From positions 186,001-250,000 of the IMG/VR virus record IMGVR_UViG_3300044680_000280: 64,000 bases of DNA; one strand, given 5' to 3'. Positions 10,222 through 19,795 of this stretch are shown here, piece after piece. A program made the translations under genes and the position numbers. Under the pieces are notes generated by a model. It was not told where the DNA came from. It saw only the letters and a program-made list of their open reading frames with translations, and searched no databases. Each line of letters starts with the position of its first letter. The stretch's first letter is position 1.

Positions 10222-10497
10222 TTACTTCTTGTTGTCGTACGCGGACAGGGCGACCTCGGACTTCGAGAGTTCCGCCTCGTAGGAGGCGATCATAGTCTCC
10301 AGTTCAGCCTTGGCCTTGTCCCTCTCAGAGATGAGGCTCTTAGGGTCCAGGCCCGCGGCTTTGATCTCGACGATGAGGGCTGCCAGCTCATCCTTCTTTG
10401 CTTTGAGTTGGCCCCCGAAGGCGGCTTTCTTATTCGAGACGACGTCCGTCCTTTTCTGAAGCTCCTCAATCTTTCGTTTGATCTCATCCGGCGTCAT
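10222..10497 (-). CDS. small coiled-coil protein
   Basis: Heptad-rich 91 aa, RBS-flanked. Confidence 0.7.
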   Translation of the reverse strand: MTPDEIKRKIEELQKRTDVVSNKKAAFGGQLKAKKDELAALIVEIKAAGLDPKSLISERDKAKAELETMIASYEAELSKSEVALSAYDNKK

Positions 10498-10504
10498 GGA
10501 ACCC

Positions 10505-11389
10505 TCATTCGTCTAAGGTGTTGTCCTCGGTATCTACACCTGTTATCGAGGATGTTGGAGGTTTTTCGAACACCATAGACTGCCCCTCAGGGCAGACAGA
10601 GACATATGGGCAAAACTTGCAGTTGAACGATTTAGCCCTGGCCAGAAAGACCTTCTCTCCTTGAGGGGTCAACTTTTCGATGTTTGCTATGGTACGAAGG
10701 ACTCGACCCTCTAGCTCACCCACTACGGTTTTCGTGGGGGTTGTCCAATCCATCGCCTGTCCTGGCTCCGATCTCCAAAACAGGAAGCCCACCCGATCTG
10801 GCAAGAACCCAAACTTTCGACGATGGAGCATCGCGTACCAGATGAGCTGGCGCTCATCCGCATACTTCTCACGGTGAGACGACCCCTTCCCGTCCACAAT
10901 AATTGTGTCCCCCAGAGGTTGGATACGTCGCATCAGAAAGTCGGCTCGTCCGCCCAAACGGTGTCCTTTTATGTCCGAGTCAAGTTTGACTTCAGCTTGA
11001 GCATTGGAACCCAACAGGCGATGCTGACGTATGATGGCGAGTCCATTGGGAATGGAGTCCCGAACGCTCTCAAGTACCTCCTGCATCGAACGAGGGCCTT
11101 TGCGAAGTTTGGGATCCTTCCAATCAAGCACACCCATCCCATCCTTCGTTTCTCGTTCGATCACCTTTTCAGACACCGGGCCGACTAGATGCAGTAGGGC
11201 AGCTTTGGGGTCTGAGGAACGCCAAAGCCTCTTTGTGTAAAAAAGCTCGAACACTTCCCCGAGAATCGACCCGTAGAGCATGCCGACTCGGTTATCCGGA
11301 ACCTGTACCTTCGTCTTGTTGATGTAACGGTGCCAGTATGCTCGAGGGCAGTCACTGAACCTCTTAAACCCCGAGTAGGAAAGGTACAT
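10505..11389 (-). CDS. PD-(D/E)xK nuclease, RecB/Cas4-like
   Basis: SYS..CPR, GRADF..IVDGK, QLIWY, C-terminal CKFCPYVSVC cluster. Confidence 0.85.
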   Translation of the reverse strand: MYLSYSGFKRFSDCPRAYWHRYINKTKVQVPDNRVGMLYGSILGEVFELFYTKRLWRSSDPKAALLHLVGPVSEKVIERETKDGMGVLDWKDPKLRKGPRSMQEVLESVRDSIPNGLAIIRQHRLLGSNAQAEVKLDSDIKGHRLGGRADFLMRRIQPLGDTIIVDGKGSSHREKYADERQLIWYAMLHRRKFGFLPDRVGFLFWRSEPGQAMDWTTPTKTVVGELEGRVLRTIANIEKLTPQGEKVFLARAKSFNCKFCPYVSVCPEGQSMVFEKPPTSSITGVDTEDNTLDE

Positions 11390-11390
11390 T

Positions 11391-12365
11391 TCAACCCACT
11401 TCTGCCCGTGCTCGTTCCAGATAGTCCAAAGCGCTCTGCTTCACGCTATCGGCAAAGTTCAACCCCTGAATGTTTTCCTCAATACTCACGGACGGGTCAA
11501 AGGAGGCGTCGTTCTGAAGTTTGGCAATGAACTGGTCAATATCGTGGTTCTCCTTTTCCTGGCGTTCCTTCCGCTCCATATCGAACACATCCTCAGCGGG
11601 AGCGACGTTCATTGGAACCGAGATGACCTCAAACTTATCTTTGCTGAAGCACAATACGGACGCCTTAGGAGTTCGTAGAATGTTCTCGTTGATTAGGGCT
11701 CCCCGACTGAGAGCCCCCTGATTGATGAACGTTTTGTGGCCCAGTTCAACAATACCCTGATCCTTATGCCAGTGACCGAAACACCAGGCATCGGGACCGT
11801 CTCTCGTGATCAGTTGGTCGTAACGGAAAACGGGTTCATTGAAAAAGTCCTTGACCGAATCGGGAGGGTCCTTACCAGCAAGATTGTGGACGACGGCAAC
11901 GAGAAAGTCATCCCCCGGTTGCTTCTGAATACTTCTCAACTCGTCCGCTGTACGAAGAGACGAGTACGGAACGCCGACTACACGGACTCGAAGGCCACCA
12001 TCGTCGAATACCTCATCTCGCAGCCTACCGAACACCCTGGACTCGTAAAGGACTCCGAGAGGTTGGCGACCGATCGACTCAAGCTGGTTGTAGACCATGT
12101 CGTGGTTGCCCTCGACGCTAAACGTCGGGCACGGGTATGACGCATGGATCCGTGCGGTCTCCGCCACAATGGCGTGAGGGTTCTTACTGGCCGCTTTGAC
12201 GTGGAAGTAGTCCCCACCGTCAATAACCGCTCGAGCCCCGTATTCTCGGGCTATACGGCCCACGTGAGCGATGTTCGACCAAATCTCAGAGGGATAGTCC
12301 GCCTTCCACGAGACAGGGCTCCGATCTGTCAAGTGTGTGTCCGTGCGAAAGACGAAGTTGATCAA
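11391..12365 (-). CDS. SbcD/Mre11-like metallophosphoesterase nuclease
   Basis: TDTH, GGDYFH, GNHD, GHWH motifs; adjacent to Rad50-like gene. Confidence 0.88.
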   Translation of the reverse strand: MINFVFRTDTHLTDRSPVSWKADYPSEIWSNIAHVGRIAREYGARAVIDGGDYFHVKAASKNPHAIVAETARIHASYPCPTFSVEGNHDMVYNQLESIGRQPLGVLYESRVFGRLRDEVFDDGGLRVRVVGVPYSSLRTADELRSIQKQPGDDFLVAVVHNLAGKDPPDSVKDFFNEPVFRYDQLITRDGPDAWCFGHWHKDQGIVELGHKTFINQGALSRGALINENILRTPKASVLCFSKDKFEVISVPMNVAPAEDVFDMERKERQEKENHDIDQFIAKLQNDASFDPSVSIEENIQGLNFADSVKQSALDYLERARAEVG

Positions 12366-13606
12366 GCGACCCTCTTCTCATGCTTGTGTTCGGCAACGAT
12401 GGGCTGAGCACACGCTGGGCAATAGCCCGCAAAGGACTCTCTCTCCTTCAGGAGAACCGCTTCCTCAGCAGTCACATCCGAAAGGTCCTTCTCGAGCTTG
12501 GCTATCGATCGGCTCAAAACTTCGAACTTGTTCGAGAGAACATTCAACTGACCGTTTTTCACACCAACCTCACGAAGCGGGGCCACATCAGGAACGACCA
12601 CGTCCGTGAGTCCCTTATACCTATGGAATACCTCCTGAAAGGCCGTCAATCGAGAAGACCAGACAGCTAGCTGAAAGTAGCGTCTGGACGCCTCGACGGT
12701 GGGGCCTACCGAAGGCTCTGGAACTGCGTCAATTCCGGATAGGGATCTCACAGAAGCTGCTCGATCACTCAGAAAGGTGGCGAACCGACTGACGGTTTCG
12801 TACTGACTGTGCTTGTCGGAGACCGTCGTAATAACCGGAACGGGTTGCTGTACGGCCGCTTCCAGGAGGTCGACCCGATAACCGATGGCCCGAAGCTCTT
12901 CGATGTAATTCGTAACAAGGTTGAGCCTGTCATTCGAGGAGGAGACACCCTCCAACTGCTTTTCGATTTGAGCAACTCGATAAATCTCTCCATCGAGTCC
13001 GTCGTAATCGGTAAGGCGCCTCTTCAACTCCGCGCAGTCGGCTTCCCGAACCTTTCGGGTCGAAACCGCTTCCTTTCGATCTTTCTCGACGAAACGGATT
13101 GCCACGTTGACCCGGTCAAGACGAGCAACATCCGAAAAAACGTCGGCGACGGCGCCGCCTGTCTGATCGAGAAGAAAGATGTTTTCGAACTGGTCCGAAA
13201 CCTGTAGGATCTTCCAATTGTCTCCGACCTTGACCATTCCAAAGTCTTGAGCCATCAAGGGTCGCTCTAGGAAGTCTGGGGTCCCTCGATTGGGAACCCC
13301 GAACTCCTTACCGTTAAAAACGTAACGGTTGCGCTTGTCTCCTTTCTCCCAGAGTAAATCGAACCCCTCGGTGCTAATGTGAACCGAACAGTAGCACTCG
13401 CAAGTCTTGACCTTCTTTAGTCGACGGGCGCACGAGTCCGTGTGTCGAACAAACGAGGTGCCTACAGAACCGGTCAGAGCCGACTTGACGGCTCTGACCA
13501 AGGCACTCTTACCGATGTTGGACTTCCCAACGAGAGCCGTGAATCCGTTGATCTGGAGTTTCGCGTGCTCAACCGATTGGAAGTTTCTGACTTCCAAATC
13601 AATCAC
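12362..13606 (-). CDS. SbcC/Rad50 ATPase, N-terminal half ending at the zinc hook
   Basis: NFQS, Walker A GKSNIGKS, coiled coil, terminal CPAC. Confidence 0.85.
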   Translation of the reverse strand: MIDLEVRNFQSVEHAKLQINGFTALVGKSNIGKSALVRAVKSALTGSVGTSFVRHTDSCARRLKKVKTCECYCSVHISTEGFDLLWEKGDKRNRYVFNGKEFGVPNRGTPDFLERPLMAQDFGMVKVGDNWKILQVSDQFENIFLLDQTGGAVADVFSDVARLDRVNVAIRFVEKDRKEAVSTRKVREADCAELKRRLTDYDGLDGEIYRVAQIEKQLEGVSSSNDRLNLVTNYIEELRAIGYRVDLLEAAVQQPVPVITTVSDKHSQYETVSRFATFLSDRAASVRSLSGIDAVPEPSVGPTVEASRRYFQLAVWSSRLTAFQEVFHRYKGLTDVVVPDVAPLREVGVKNGQLNVLSNKFEVLSRSIAKLEKDLSDVTAEEAVLLKERESFAGYCPACAQPIVAEHKHEKRVA

Positions 13607-13608
13607 GG

Positions 13609-14976
13609 CTAGCCCGCCACTTCCTCTTCTTCGTGGATGTTCCCGTCGTTATCCGACGAAACATCCATCTCTTCCAGCGGATTCGAATCGCCCTCAGTAA
13701 GGGTTGCGTCGTCACCCATCTCGCCCGCGAGAGACTCGATGAACTGGTCGTCTTGTGTCTTCTCTTCCACAACCGCCGTCGAGCTCTCATACATGGCCTC
13801 AACGAGCTTTGTTTGAATCAAAGCGGACTCCTTCGGGTTATCCAGAAGGAACTTTCGTATGGCCTCACGACCTTGGAACTGCTGACCATTGTATACGTAG
13901 AAAGCGCCCTTACGGTTGAGCACTCCGAAATTGACGCCGTTCTCGATCACCGAATACTCGTTATCGAGCCCGTACCCGTACCGAATGAAGACGAGCCCCT
14001 CCTGACCCATCTTGTTGTCGATCTTGGTCTTGACGACCTTGACCGCTGTGACGTTACCGTACGGAATGCTTTTCTCTTTGCCGTCCCGGCCCTTCTTTTT
14101 GACGACTTCGCTCTTGATGCGGGTCATCTTCAGGCGCATCGAAGCGTAGAACTTGAGGGCCTTTCCACCCGGTGTCTGATCCTCGTCCCCCCCGCCGCCG
14201 TACCCGCCCGTACTAATTTTCGCTCGGGTCTGATTGATGAAGATGATCGCTGTACCGTTGGGGTTGCGCGCCTTCCCCTCGGGCTGAATGGCACCCTTGC
14301 TGAGCCACATAGCGGCCTTCTTCAAAAAACGGGTCAGAGGGGCCGCCAAAGCTCCGATGCGCTCAGCATCGGAGGCGTCCTTCTCGAACTCAGCTTCGGG
14401 CATCATGCTCGCCACGGAGTCGACAACAATGAGGTCGACTCCGATTTTGATGAGATGCTCGATGGCGTTAGTCCCCTGTTCGAATGTCTCGGGCCGTACC
14501 AAGAGGAACTTGTCCGAACTGTAGTCGACACCAACCTTTTTGGCGTACGAGTCCATGATCGAGTGCTCGTAGTCCATATAAACCACGAAGCCACCCGCAC
14601 GTTGGCACTGGACGACCGCGGAGAGGGCGAGGGTCGTTTTGCCGCAACCCTCCGAACCATAGAGTTCCGTAATGCGTTTGCGTGGAAAGCCGGGGCACAC
14701 GGAACCCTTACCGTCACCCGCTTTTGACCCGCCGATGAGATTGTTGACAACGATCGATCCGGTCGGCACGTGTGGCAACTGGCTGTAACTGGGCTTGACC
14801 GGTTCCAAGTTTTGCTTCTTGAGAATGAACTGAGCCATCGCGGAGATGCTCTTGTTTGTCGCCTTCTTGGAAGAGCTCCCGTTCCCGCCACTTGCCGCGC
14901 CACCCCCATCCTTGGGGCTACTTTTTGCGTCGTCCTTGGGACTGCTCTTCGATGCTGTTTCGACTTGCTGGATCAT
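13609..14976 (-). CDS. recA: RecA recombinase with low-complexity N-terminus and acidic C-tail
   Basis: GSEGCGKTT, VVDSVA, IFINQTR, GGKALKFYAS; ATG 14976 has a GGAG RBS. Confidence 0.93.
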   Translation of the reverse strand: MIQQVETASKSSPKDDAKSSPKDGGGAASGGNGSSSKKATNKSISAMAQFILKKQNLEPVKPSYSQLPHVPTGSIVVNNLIGGSKAGDGKGSVCPGFPRKRITELYGSEGCGKTTLALSAVVQCQRAGGFVVYMDYEHSIMDSYAKKVGVDYSSDKFLLVRPETFEQGTNAIEHLIKIGVDLIVVDSVASMMPEAEFEKDASDAERIGALAAPLTRFLKKAAMWLSKGAIQPEGKARNPNGTAIIFINQTRAKISTGGYGGGGDEDQTPGGKALKFYASMRLKMTRIKSEVVKKKGRDGKEKSIPYGNVTAVKVVKTKIDNKMGQEGLVFIRYGYGLDNEYSVIENGVNFGVLNRKGAFYVYNGQQFQGREAIRKFLLDNPKESALIQTKLVEAMYESSTAVVEEKTQDDQFIESLAGEMGDDATLTEGDSNPLEEMDVSSDNDGNIHEEEEVAG

Positions 14977-15625
14977 AACTCTTCTCCACTTGCGAAAATC
15001 TGAAAAATCGATCGTTCTCTTTGAATAGGGTTCCGCATTTAACGGTCTCCCCGGCTCGGTCACCCTTTTTGTAAGTGTGCGTACGAAGGAATGTGTGTAG
15101 CTCCGAGGGCATTAGGTCGGACTCCTTCAGAAGCCCGCGGTCTAGCTCCCAGAAGCGGGCAGCAAACCTGGCAACGTGATATGCGTCGGCCTCATCATGA
15201 TTGAATCGCCCCCTAAAGGAGGAGTCGACTCTGGCGGCTTGAACCATATCCCCTTTACCCATCTTCCCCTTGCGGATACTCCCATCCATTTTGGCAAGGG
15301 ATTTCAGGGTCGACGGGTCGAAATAAACAACATCCTTTCTGTGCTTGTACACGGTCTCGTTGACCATTACAAAGAGCCCAAAAGCGCCTGGAGAGAAGGA
15401 CTCTCCAAAGATCGGAGACTCCATGCCGACTGCCTCAATCTCGGGTCGCTCGTCCAGTACTTGGCCAACGAAGTCGCGGAGTCTCATGTAGCGTTCGACA
15501 AAGATCTCCCGCGGACTCGTCGATTGCCGACCCTTAAGAACGATTCTCCCAGGGCCAGCAACCGACGAATTGTGGATGCACCAGCCGAAGCCGGTCAAAG
15601 AGGGGTCGAGTCCAAGTGTGATCAT
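14918..15625 (-). CDS. ruvC: RuvC-like Holliday junction resolvase
   Basis: LGLDPSLTGFG, GMESP, HDEADA. Confidence 0.8.
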   Translation of the reverse strand: MITLGLDPSLTGFGWCIHNSSVAGPGRIVLKGRQSTSPREIFVERYMRLRDFVGQVLDERPEIEAVGMESPIFGESFSPGAFGLFVMVNETVYKHRKDVVYFDPSTLKSLAKMDGSIRKGKMGKGDMVQAARVDSSFRGRFNHDEADAYHVARFAARFWELDRGLLKESDLMPSELHTFLRTHTYKKGDRAGETVKCGTLFKENDRFFRFSQVEKSYDPASRNSIEEQSQGRRKK

Positions 15626-15650
15626 GGAGACTTTCGCCCCCACTACACCG

Positions 15651-16553
15651 TCAGACAGTGTCGATGAACTCTTTGAATTCTTCCGTATCGACCGTATCCG
15701 ATGAATCGGTCGAAACACCGTCACTGCCATCTTCGAGGCCTAGCTTCTCTCGAAGCTGAGCGGTCGTGATGACCCGGTACGGGTTGATCTTCTTGTAGAA
15801 CTTGATGGCTCTCTCGAGGATCTGCTTCTTGAGGTTTTCGCTCTGAAGCCACACGGCCTTGCCGTCTGCCGACGGTTCGATTTGCTGGTACTGGTCGTCC
15901 TTGCACTCGAGGAGTAGATCCTGATTCGCAATGGACAACCCGTTCTTGCGCAGACCCGAATTGACCTTCCAAATCAAGTCGTATCTCTTCTGAGAGAAGC
16001 GCCACGGCTTGATGATCGGGTCTTTGATCCAGGACGACTTGAAGACATCCTTGTCGAGCTCCCCCTCCTTGTTGGAGGGGTAAATGAGAAGGAGAGTCAC
16101 GAAGTGCGTCTTCGCTTCCTCGATTTTGCTCCAAAGCTTGTCAGCCTCGGGCCCGTCTTTGCCCATACGGGAGATGATGTCACCGACACCCTTGCCCACA
16201 AAGTGGTGGGTGAACTTCTTGAAGTTGGGCGCATTGAGGTCGAGCTTGTCGACCTCCGTGAGCTGGTCGACGCTCTTGTTCAAGGCCGCTGCCCGGTCGG
16301 ACAGAGCCTTCTTGGCAATGGCGATCTGCTCTTCCCGTGTAGGCTGGGCCGTCTTGGCTTTCGAAGCTCGATTGCGAGCCTTGAGGATGGCAGCCTCATC
16401 CACACTCTGAAACAGGAGGATGGCTACGCGGTCCGTCCTGTTTTTGGTTCCCTTGTACCAGTCGACGTCGTTGTCTGACTTTGCGGCTTTTCGATCTTCG
16501 TCGTCGAGCCCAAGACTGGAGTCCAAGTCATCATACTCGTATTCGTCACTCAT
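15651..16553 (-). CDS. putative single-stranded DNA-binding protein (gp32-like)
   Basis: Acidic termini, size and position in the recombination cluster. Confidence 0.55.
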   Translation of the reverse strand: MSDEYEYDDLDSSLGLDDEDRKAAKSDNDVDWYKGTKNRTDRVAILLFQSVDEAAILKARNRASKAKTAQPTREEQIAIAKKALSDRAAALNKSVDQLTEVDKLDLNAPNFKKFTHHFVGKGVGDIISRMGKDGPEADKLWSKIEEAKTHFVTLLLIYPSNKEGELDKDVFKSSWIKDPIIKPWRFSQKRYDLIWKVNSGLRKNGLSIANQDLLLECKDDQYQQIEPSADGKAVWLQSENLKKQILERAIKFYKKINPYRVITTAQLREKLGLEDGSDGVSTDSSDTVDTEEFKEFIDTV

Positions 16554-16672
16554 AACTGCTCTCCTTAGTTTCTCCGATTCCGACAGGTAGTGTCCAATTC
16601 AGGACTGGGTCGGTTCAGAGGTTTTTGTTTTGAGAATGTCGGTGCTATACACCGACGCCTTTAACTGTCTAC

Positions 16673-17560
16673 TCAAAGAGTATTGAGAAAATCTGCGAGC
16701 TCGTCGTCCTCGTTGGGGGTGCCTTCCTCGGTTTTAGGTTCAGAGTCAGATTGGGCAAGAAATGCGCTAAATTCGTCGTCCTCAGAAAGCTTCTCGACCT
16801 CAGCGGGAACCTCCACAATGGGGGTCGCGTCCTGGGGGCGCCACCCATTCCGCTTGGGCATCGATACCCCGTGGGTCTCTGATCTTTTCCGCCAATTGTC
16901 GGTAACAATCTCCGCCACAATCACGTCCGCTTCTTGGGGTTCGGAGGACACCGTTAACTGCTTAGGCTCCGGTTCTACCTCTTCTGGAAGGCCTTCGACC
17001 ATCAACTGGGCGATGTCGTCATCACTCAACTGCTGCCGTGGTCGACGCCCCTCTTTGACCTCACCCAAGCTCGGACGCTCATCCCCGTACATGGCTCCGG
17101 TCTCGTACTCATCCCGAATCAAACCCCGCTGGGTCTGAATCTCTCGCATCGTGTCCTTGAGCTCACGGTGACGTAGTTTCACCATGTCCTCAACGTGCTC
17201 AAGATCGAGCTTGTCATTCTCAAGGGTGACGATCTCCCGATGCTCATCCTTGAGCATCAAGTTGACTTGAGCCTCCCTATCCTTGATGTTTGGAAGATTG
17301 CGAACCGCAAGGTTCTTTGCCAAGTACTCATCAGCGACGACCTTGAATAAGGCCTGTTTGCGCCGCAGCTCCACGTCAATCACCATCTTGGCACGGCGAA
17401 CCTCATTCAGGAGATTGACCACATTGTTCGTGTAATTTCGACACGTGGCAATCATGTTCTGAAGATATGTCGGACCGAGTACCACGGGGTCGCTGGCGAG
17501 TTCGATTTCAAGCTTATCGCAGGCATCCAGGATCGCCTTCATCCTGTCTTGGGTCATCAT
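16673..17560 (-). CDS. coiled-coil protein with acidic tail, possible recombination mediator
   Basis: Long helical N-half, acidic C-terminus, next to SSB. Confidence 0.45.
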   Translation of the reverse strand: MMTQDRMKAILDACDKLEIELASDPVVLGPTYLQNMIATCRNYTNNVVNLLNEVRRAKMVIDVELRRKQALFKVVADEYLAKNLAVRNLPNIKDREAQVNLMLKDEHREIVTLENDKLDLEHVEDMVKLRHRELKDTMREIQTQRGLIRDEYETGAMYGDERPSLGEVKEGRRPRQQLSDDDIAQLMVEGLPEEVEPEPKQLTVSSEPQEADVIVAEIVTDNWRKRSETHGVSMPKRNGWRPQDATPIVEVPAEVEKLSEDDEFSAFLAQSDSEPKTEEGTPNEDDELADFLNTL

Positions 17561-19782
17561 AGCGCCCTCACTACACCGGCTATGACATCCTCTACGGCCT
17601 CATTGATGGACGGTGCGAAAAAGGTGTTTCTTTGGACAACCTTGTCATTCGCAATGGCACGTAAAATGGCCGTGCTCTCCCCGAGTAGCCAGACCTTTTT
17701 CTTAGCCCGTGTGATCGCCGTGTAGAAGAGATTCCGCTGGAGCATTCTACCCTGTCCTCGAACGACGGGCATGATGATGGTATCAAACTCAGATCCCTGA
17801 GACTTGTGAACTGTAATGACGTAGGCGAGCCGCAACATTGTTGCCGCCCGCTCCTTCGGAATGTTCACGTAAGTGTCCACGGATCCAGGACCGACCCCAT
17901 GGATCTGAACGCAGAGGTGGTCTCGCTCAATGTTTCGAAGCTTACCCATGTCCCCGTTTGAAACGTTCAGCGAGTAGTCATTCTTGACTACCATAACACG
18001 ATCGCCCGTCCGAAACGTGGTCTTTCCGGCCTTGTACTCTCGGCTGAGTTCCGTCAAGGGATTCAACTTCTCCCTTAATGCTTGATTCAAGTTGTGAACC
18101 CCAACGGTCCCATCATACTTAGGAGAAAGTACCTGAAAGTTCGCGTCCCGACTCTTGAGCTTCACCGCCATCGCAACGACTAGGCCAACGATCTTATCCT
18201 CGTCTCCAACCTTCACGAACTGGAATTCCTCCTCGGGCTTACGATTGTCCAACTGGGGAGACTCCCCCTTGTACACACGGTGAGCGGCGAGAACAATAGC
18301 GCTTTGCTCGGACTGTCGAAAGACCTGGGTTAAACGAACGTGAGGAATGGCAGAGGACGAAAGAAGCTCGCGAAGAACGTTTCCCGGTCCGACGGATGGC
18401 AACTGGGCGTCGTCCCCAACAAGGATTAGTAAGGTAGATGGGTGTAGGGCATCGAGTATGCGATAAAAGAGCTCCTGGTCCACCATGGACATTTCGTCAA
18501 CAATGACCGCACCCACCGAGTACTTGTTTCGGGCGCTGAACTCCCAGGACTTGCCTGTCCACCCGAACGCACGGTGAATGGTCGATGCTGGCTCCCCGGT
18601 GACCGCTGAAAGCCTTTTGGCGGCAATGCCAGTAGGAGCCATAAGTAGGAAGCTGATGCCCGTCTGCTTGAATAGGCGAACCGCCGCACGAATGAGTGTG
18701 GTCTTCCCCGTACCCGGCAAACCCGTGACGGCCACGACATGGTTGTCTATCAACTTTGTGATGGCATATCTCTGGGCGTCCGAGAATTGAATATGGTTAC
18801 CCCTCTCGTACTGCTCGATAAACCCGTGAATATCGATCTCAATCTTCGAGGGGGTCATAAACGAAGCCAACTTGCGAGCCCCGTCACGTTCATAGAGGTA
18901 CATCTCTGGCAGGTACACTCCAACGTTAGGGTCCACTCGCACGGAATGAGTCTCCTCGAGTCGGAGAATGGCTGAGGCAAGGTTCTCTTGAAGATTCTTG
19001 GACTCAAAGCCCGTAGTATCGGACATCAGAATGTCTCTCAGACGCTCCGCAAAGTCAGCCCTACGAACAAAGAGATGTCCTTGTTGAGCTTCGGTCTTGA
19101 GGACCCAGAAAACAGCCCCATCATACCGACGGGGGTCTGTCATGGGGATACCGATCCGAGAGGCGAGCCGATCCGCCTTGGAGAAGTCGAACCCATCGAC
19201 CGCCACCAATCGATAGGGGTTATCAGCGATGAGCGTAATGGCTTCCATTCCAAATCGAGCAAAGATGTTCCGTATAACCTCCTCGGAGAGTTCGTAGTCC
19301 TTCAAGAAGATGGACAGGTTGTTCAGAGAGCAGGCTTCGGTCCACGAGAACAAGGCATTCTGCGCCACGACGTTCTTCAAGTCATTGTCCGGAAAAAGGG
19401 CCATCACCTCCCCGTGGGCGGACGTAAGCATTTCATACGTCTCGGTACCGAACGTATTGACGATCTTCTCGACGACCTGAATGTCCTCGAATCCGTGAAT
19501 GCACTCCGATAGGAATCTCTGCACCCCGTAATCGTGCGTTACGTACGGAAACCAACCGTACATACGAAACTGACGACCGTACTTAGGGTGGGTCACCCAG
19601 TCACCTACGAATTGAATCGTGATGCCAGTGGACACCTCCCGAAGACCGTACAAACTGCCTGTTACGGTAACGTTCCTACCCTTACTCGTGGCTGGCTCGG
19701 AATGATCAACTTCAAACGAGAGAACAAAGAAGTTGTCTCCCTTGTGAATGATACGACCGACGGTTCCGTAAATGCTCGGCAT
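17557..19782 (-). CDS. recD2: RecD2-like SF1 helicase
   Basis: HPKYGRQF, NPYRL, GLPGTGKT, DEMSM, GDDAQLPSVGPG, TVHKSQGSEF, YTAITRA. Confidence 0.93.
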   Translation of the reverse strand: MPSIYGTVGRIIHKGDNFFVLSFEVDHSEPATSKGRNVTVTGSLYGLREVSTGITIQFVGDWVTHPKYGRQFRMYGWFPYVTHDYGVQRFLSECIHGFEDIQVVEKIVNTFGTETYEMLTSAHGEVMALFPDNDLKNVVAQNALFSWTEACSLNNLSIFLKDYELSEEVIRNIFARFGMEAITLIADNPYRLVAVDGFDFSKADRLASRIGIPMTDPRRYDGAVFWVLKTEAQQGHLFVRRADFAERLRDILMSDTTGFESKNLQENLASAILRLEETHSVRVDPNVGVYLPEMYLYERDGARKLASFMTPSKIEIDIHGFIEQYERGNHIQFSDAQRYAITKLIDNHVVAVTGLPGTGKTTLIRAAVRLFKQTGISFLLMAPTGIAAKRLSAVTGEPASTIHRAFGWTGKSWEFSARNKYSVGAVIVDEMSMVDQELFYRILDALHPSTLLILVGDDAQLPSVGPGNVLRELLSSSAIPHVRLTQVFRQSEQSAIVLAAHRVYKGESPQLDNRKPEEEFQFVKVGDEDKIVGLVVAMAVKLKSRDANFQVLSPKYDGTVGVHNLNQALREKLNPLTELSREYKAGKTTFRTGDRVMVVKNDYSLNVSNGDMGKLRNIERDHLCVQIHGVGPGSVDTYVNIPKERAATMLRLAYVITVHKSQGSEFDTIIMPVVRGQGRMLQRNLFYTAITRAKKKVWLLGESTAILRAIANDKVVQRNTFFAPSINEAVEDVIAGVVRAL

Positions 19783-19795
19783 GCCGAGCAAGCCT

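Noticed and set aside
9109-10578. Long plus-strand ORFs (489 aa here; also 13633..14727, 26768..27979, 53059..54972)
   Set aside because: Antisense shadows of well-supported minus-strand genes in GC-rich codon usage; no motifs
10505-11389. Cas4-like nuclease suggesting a CRISPR system
   Set aside because: No repeat-spacer array or other cas genes seen; it sits in a recombination operon
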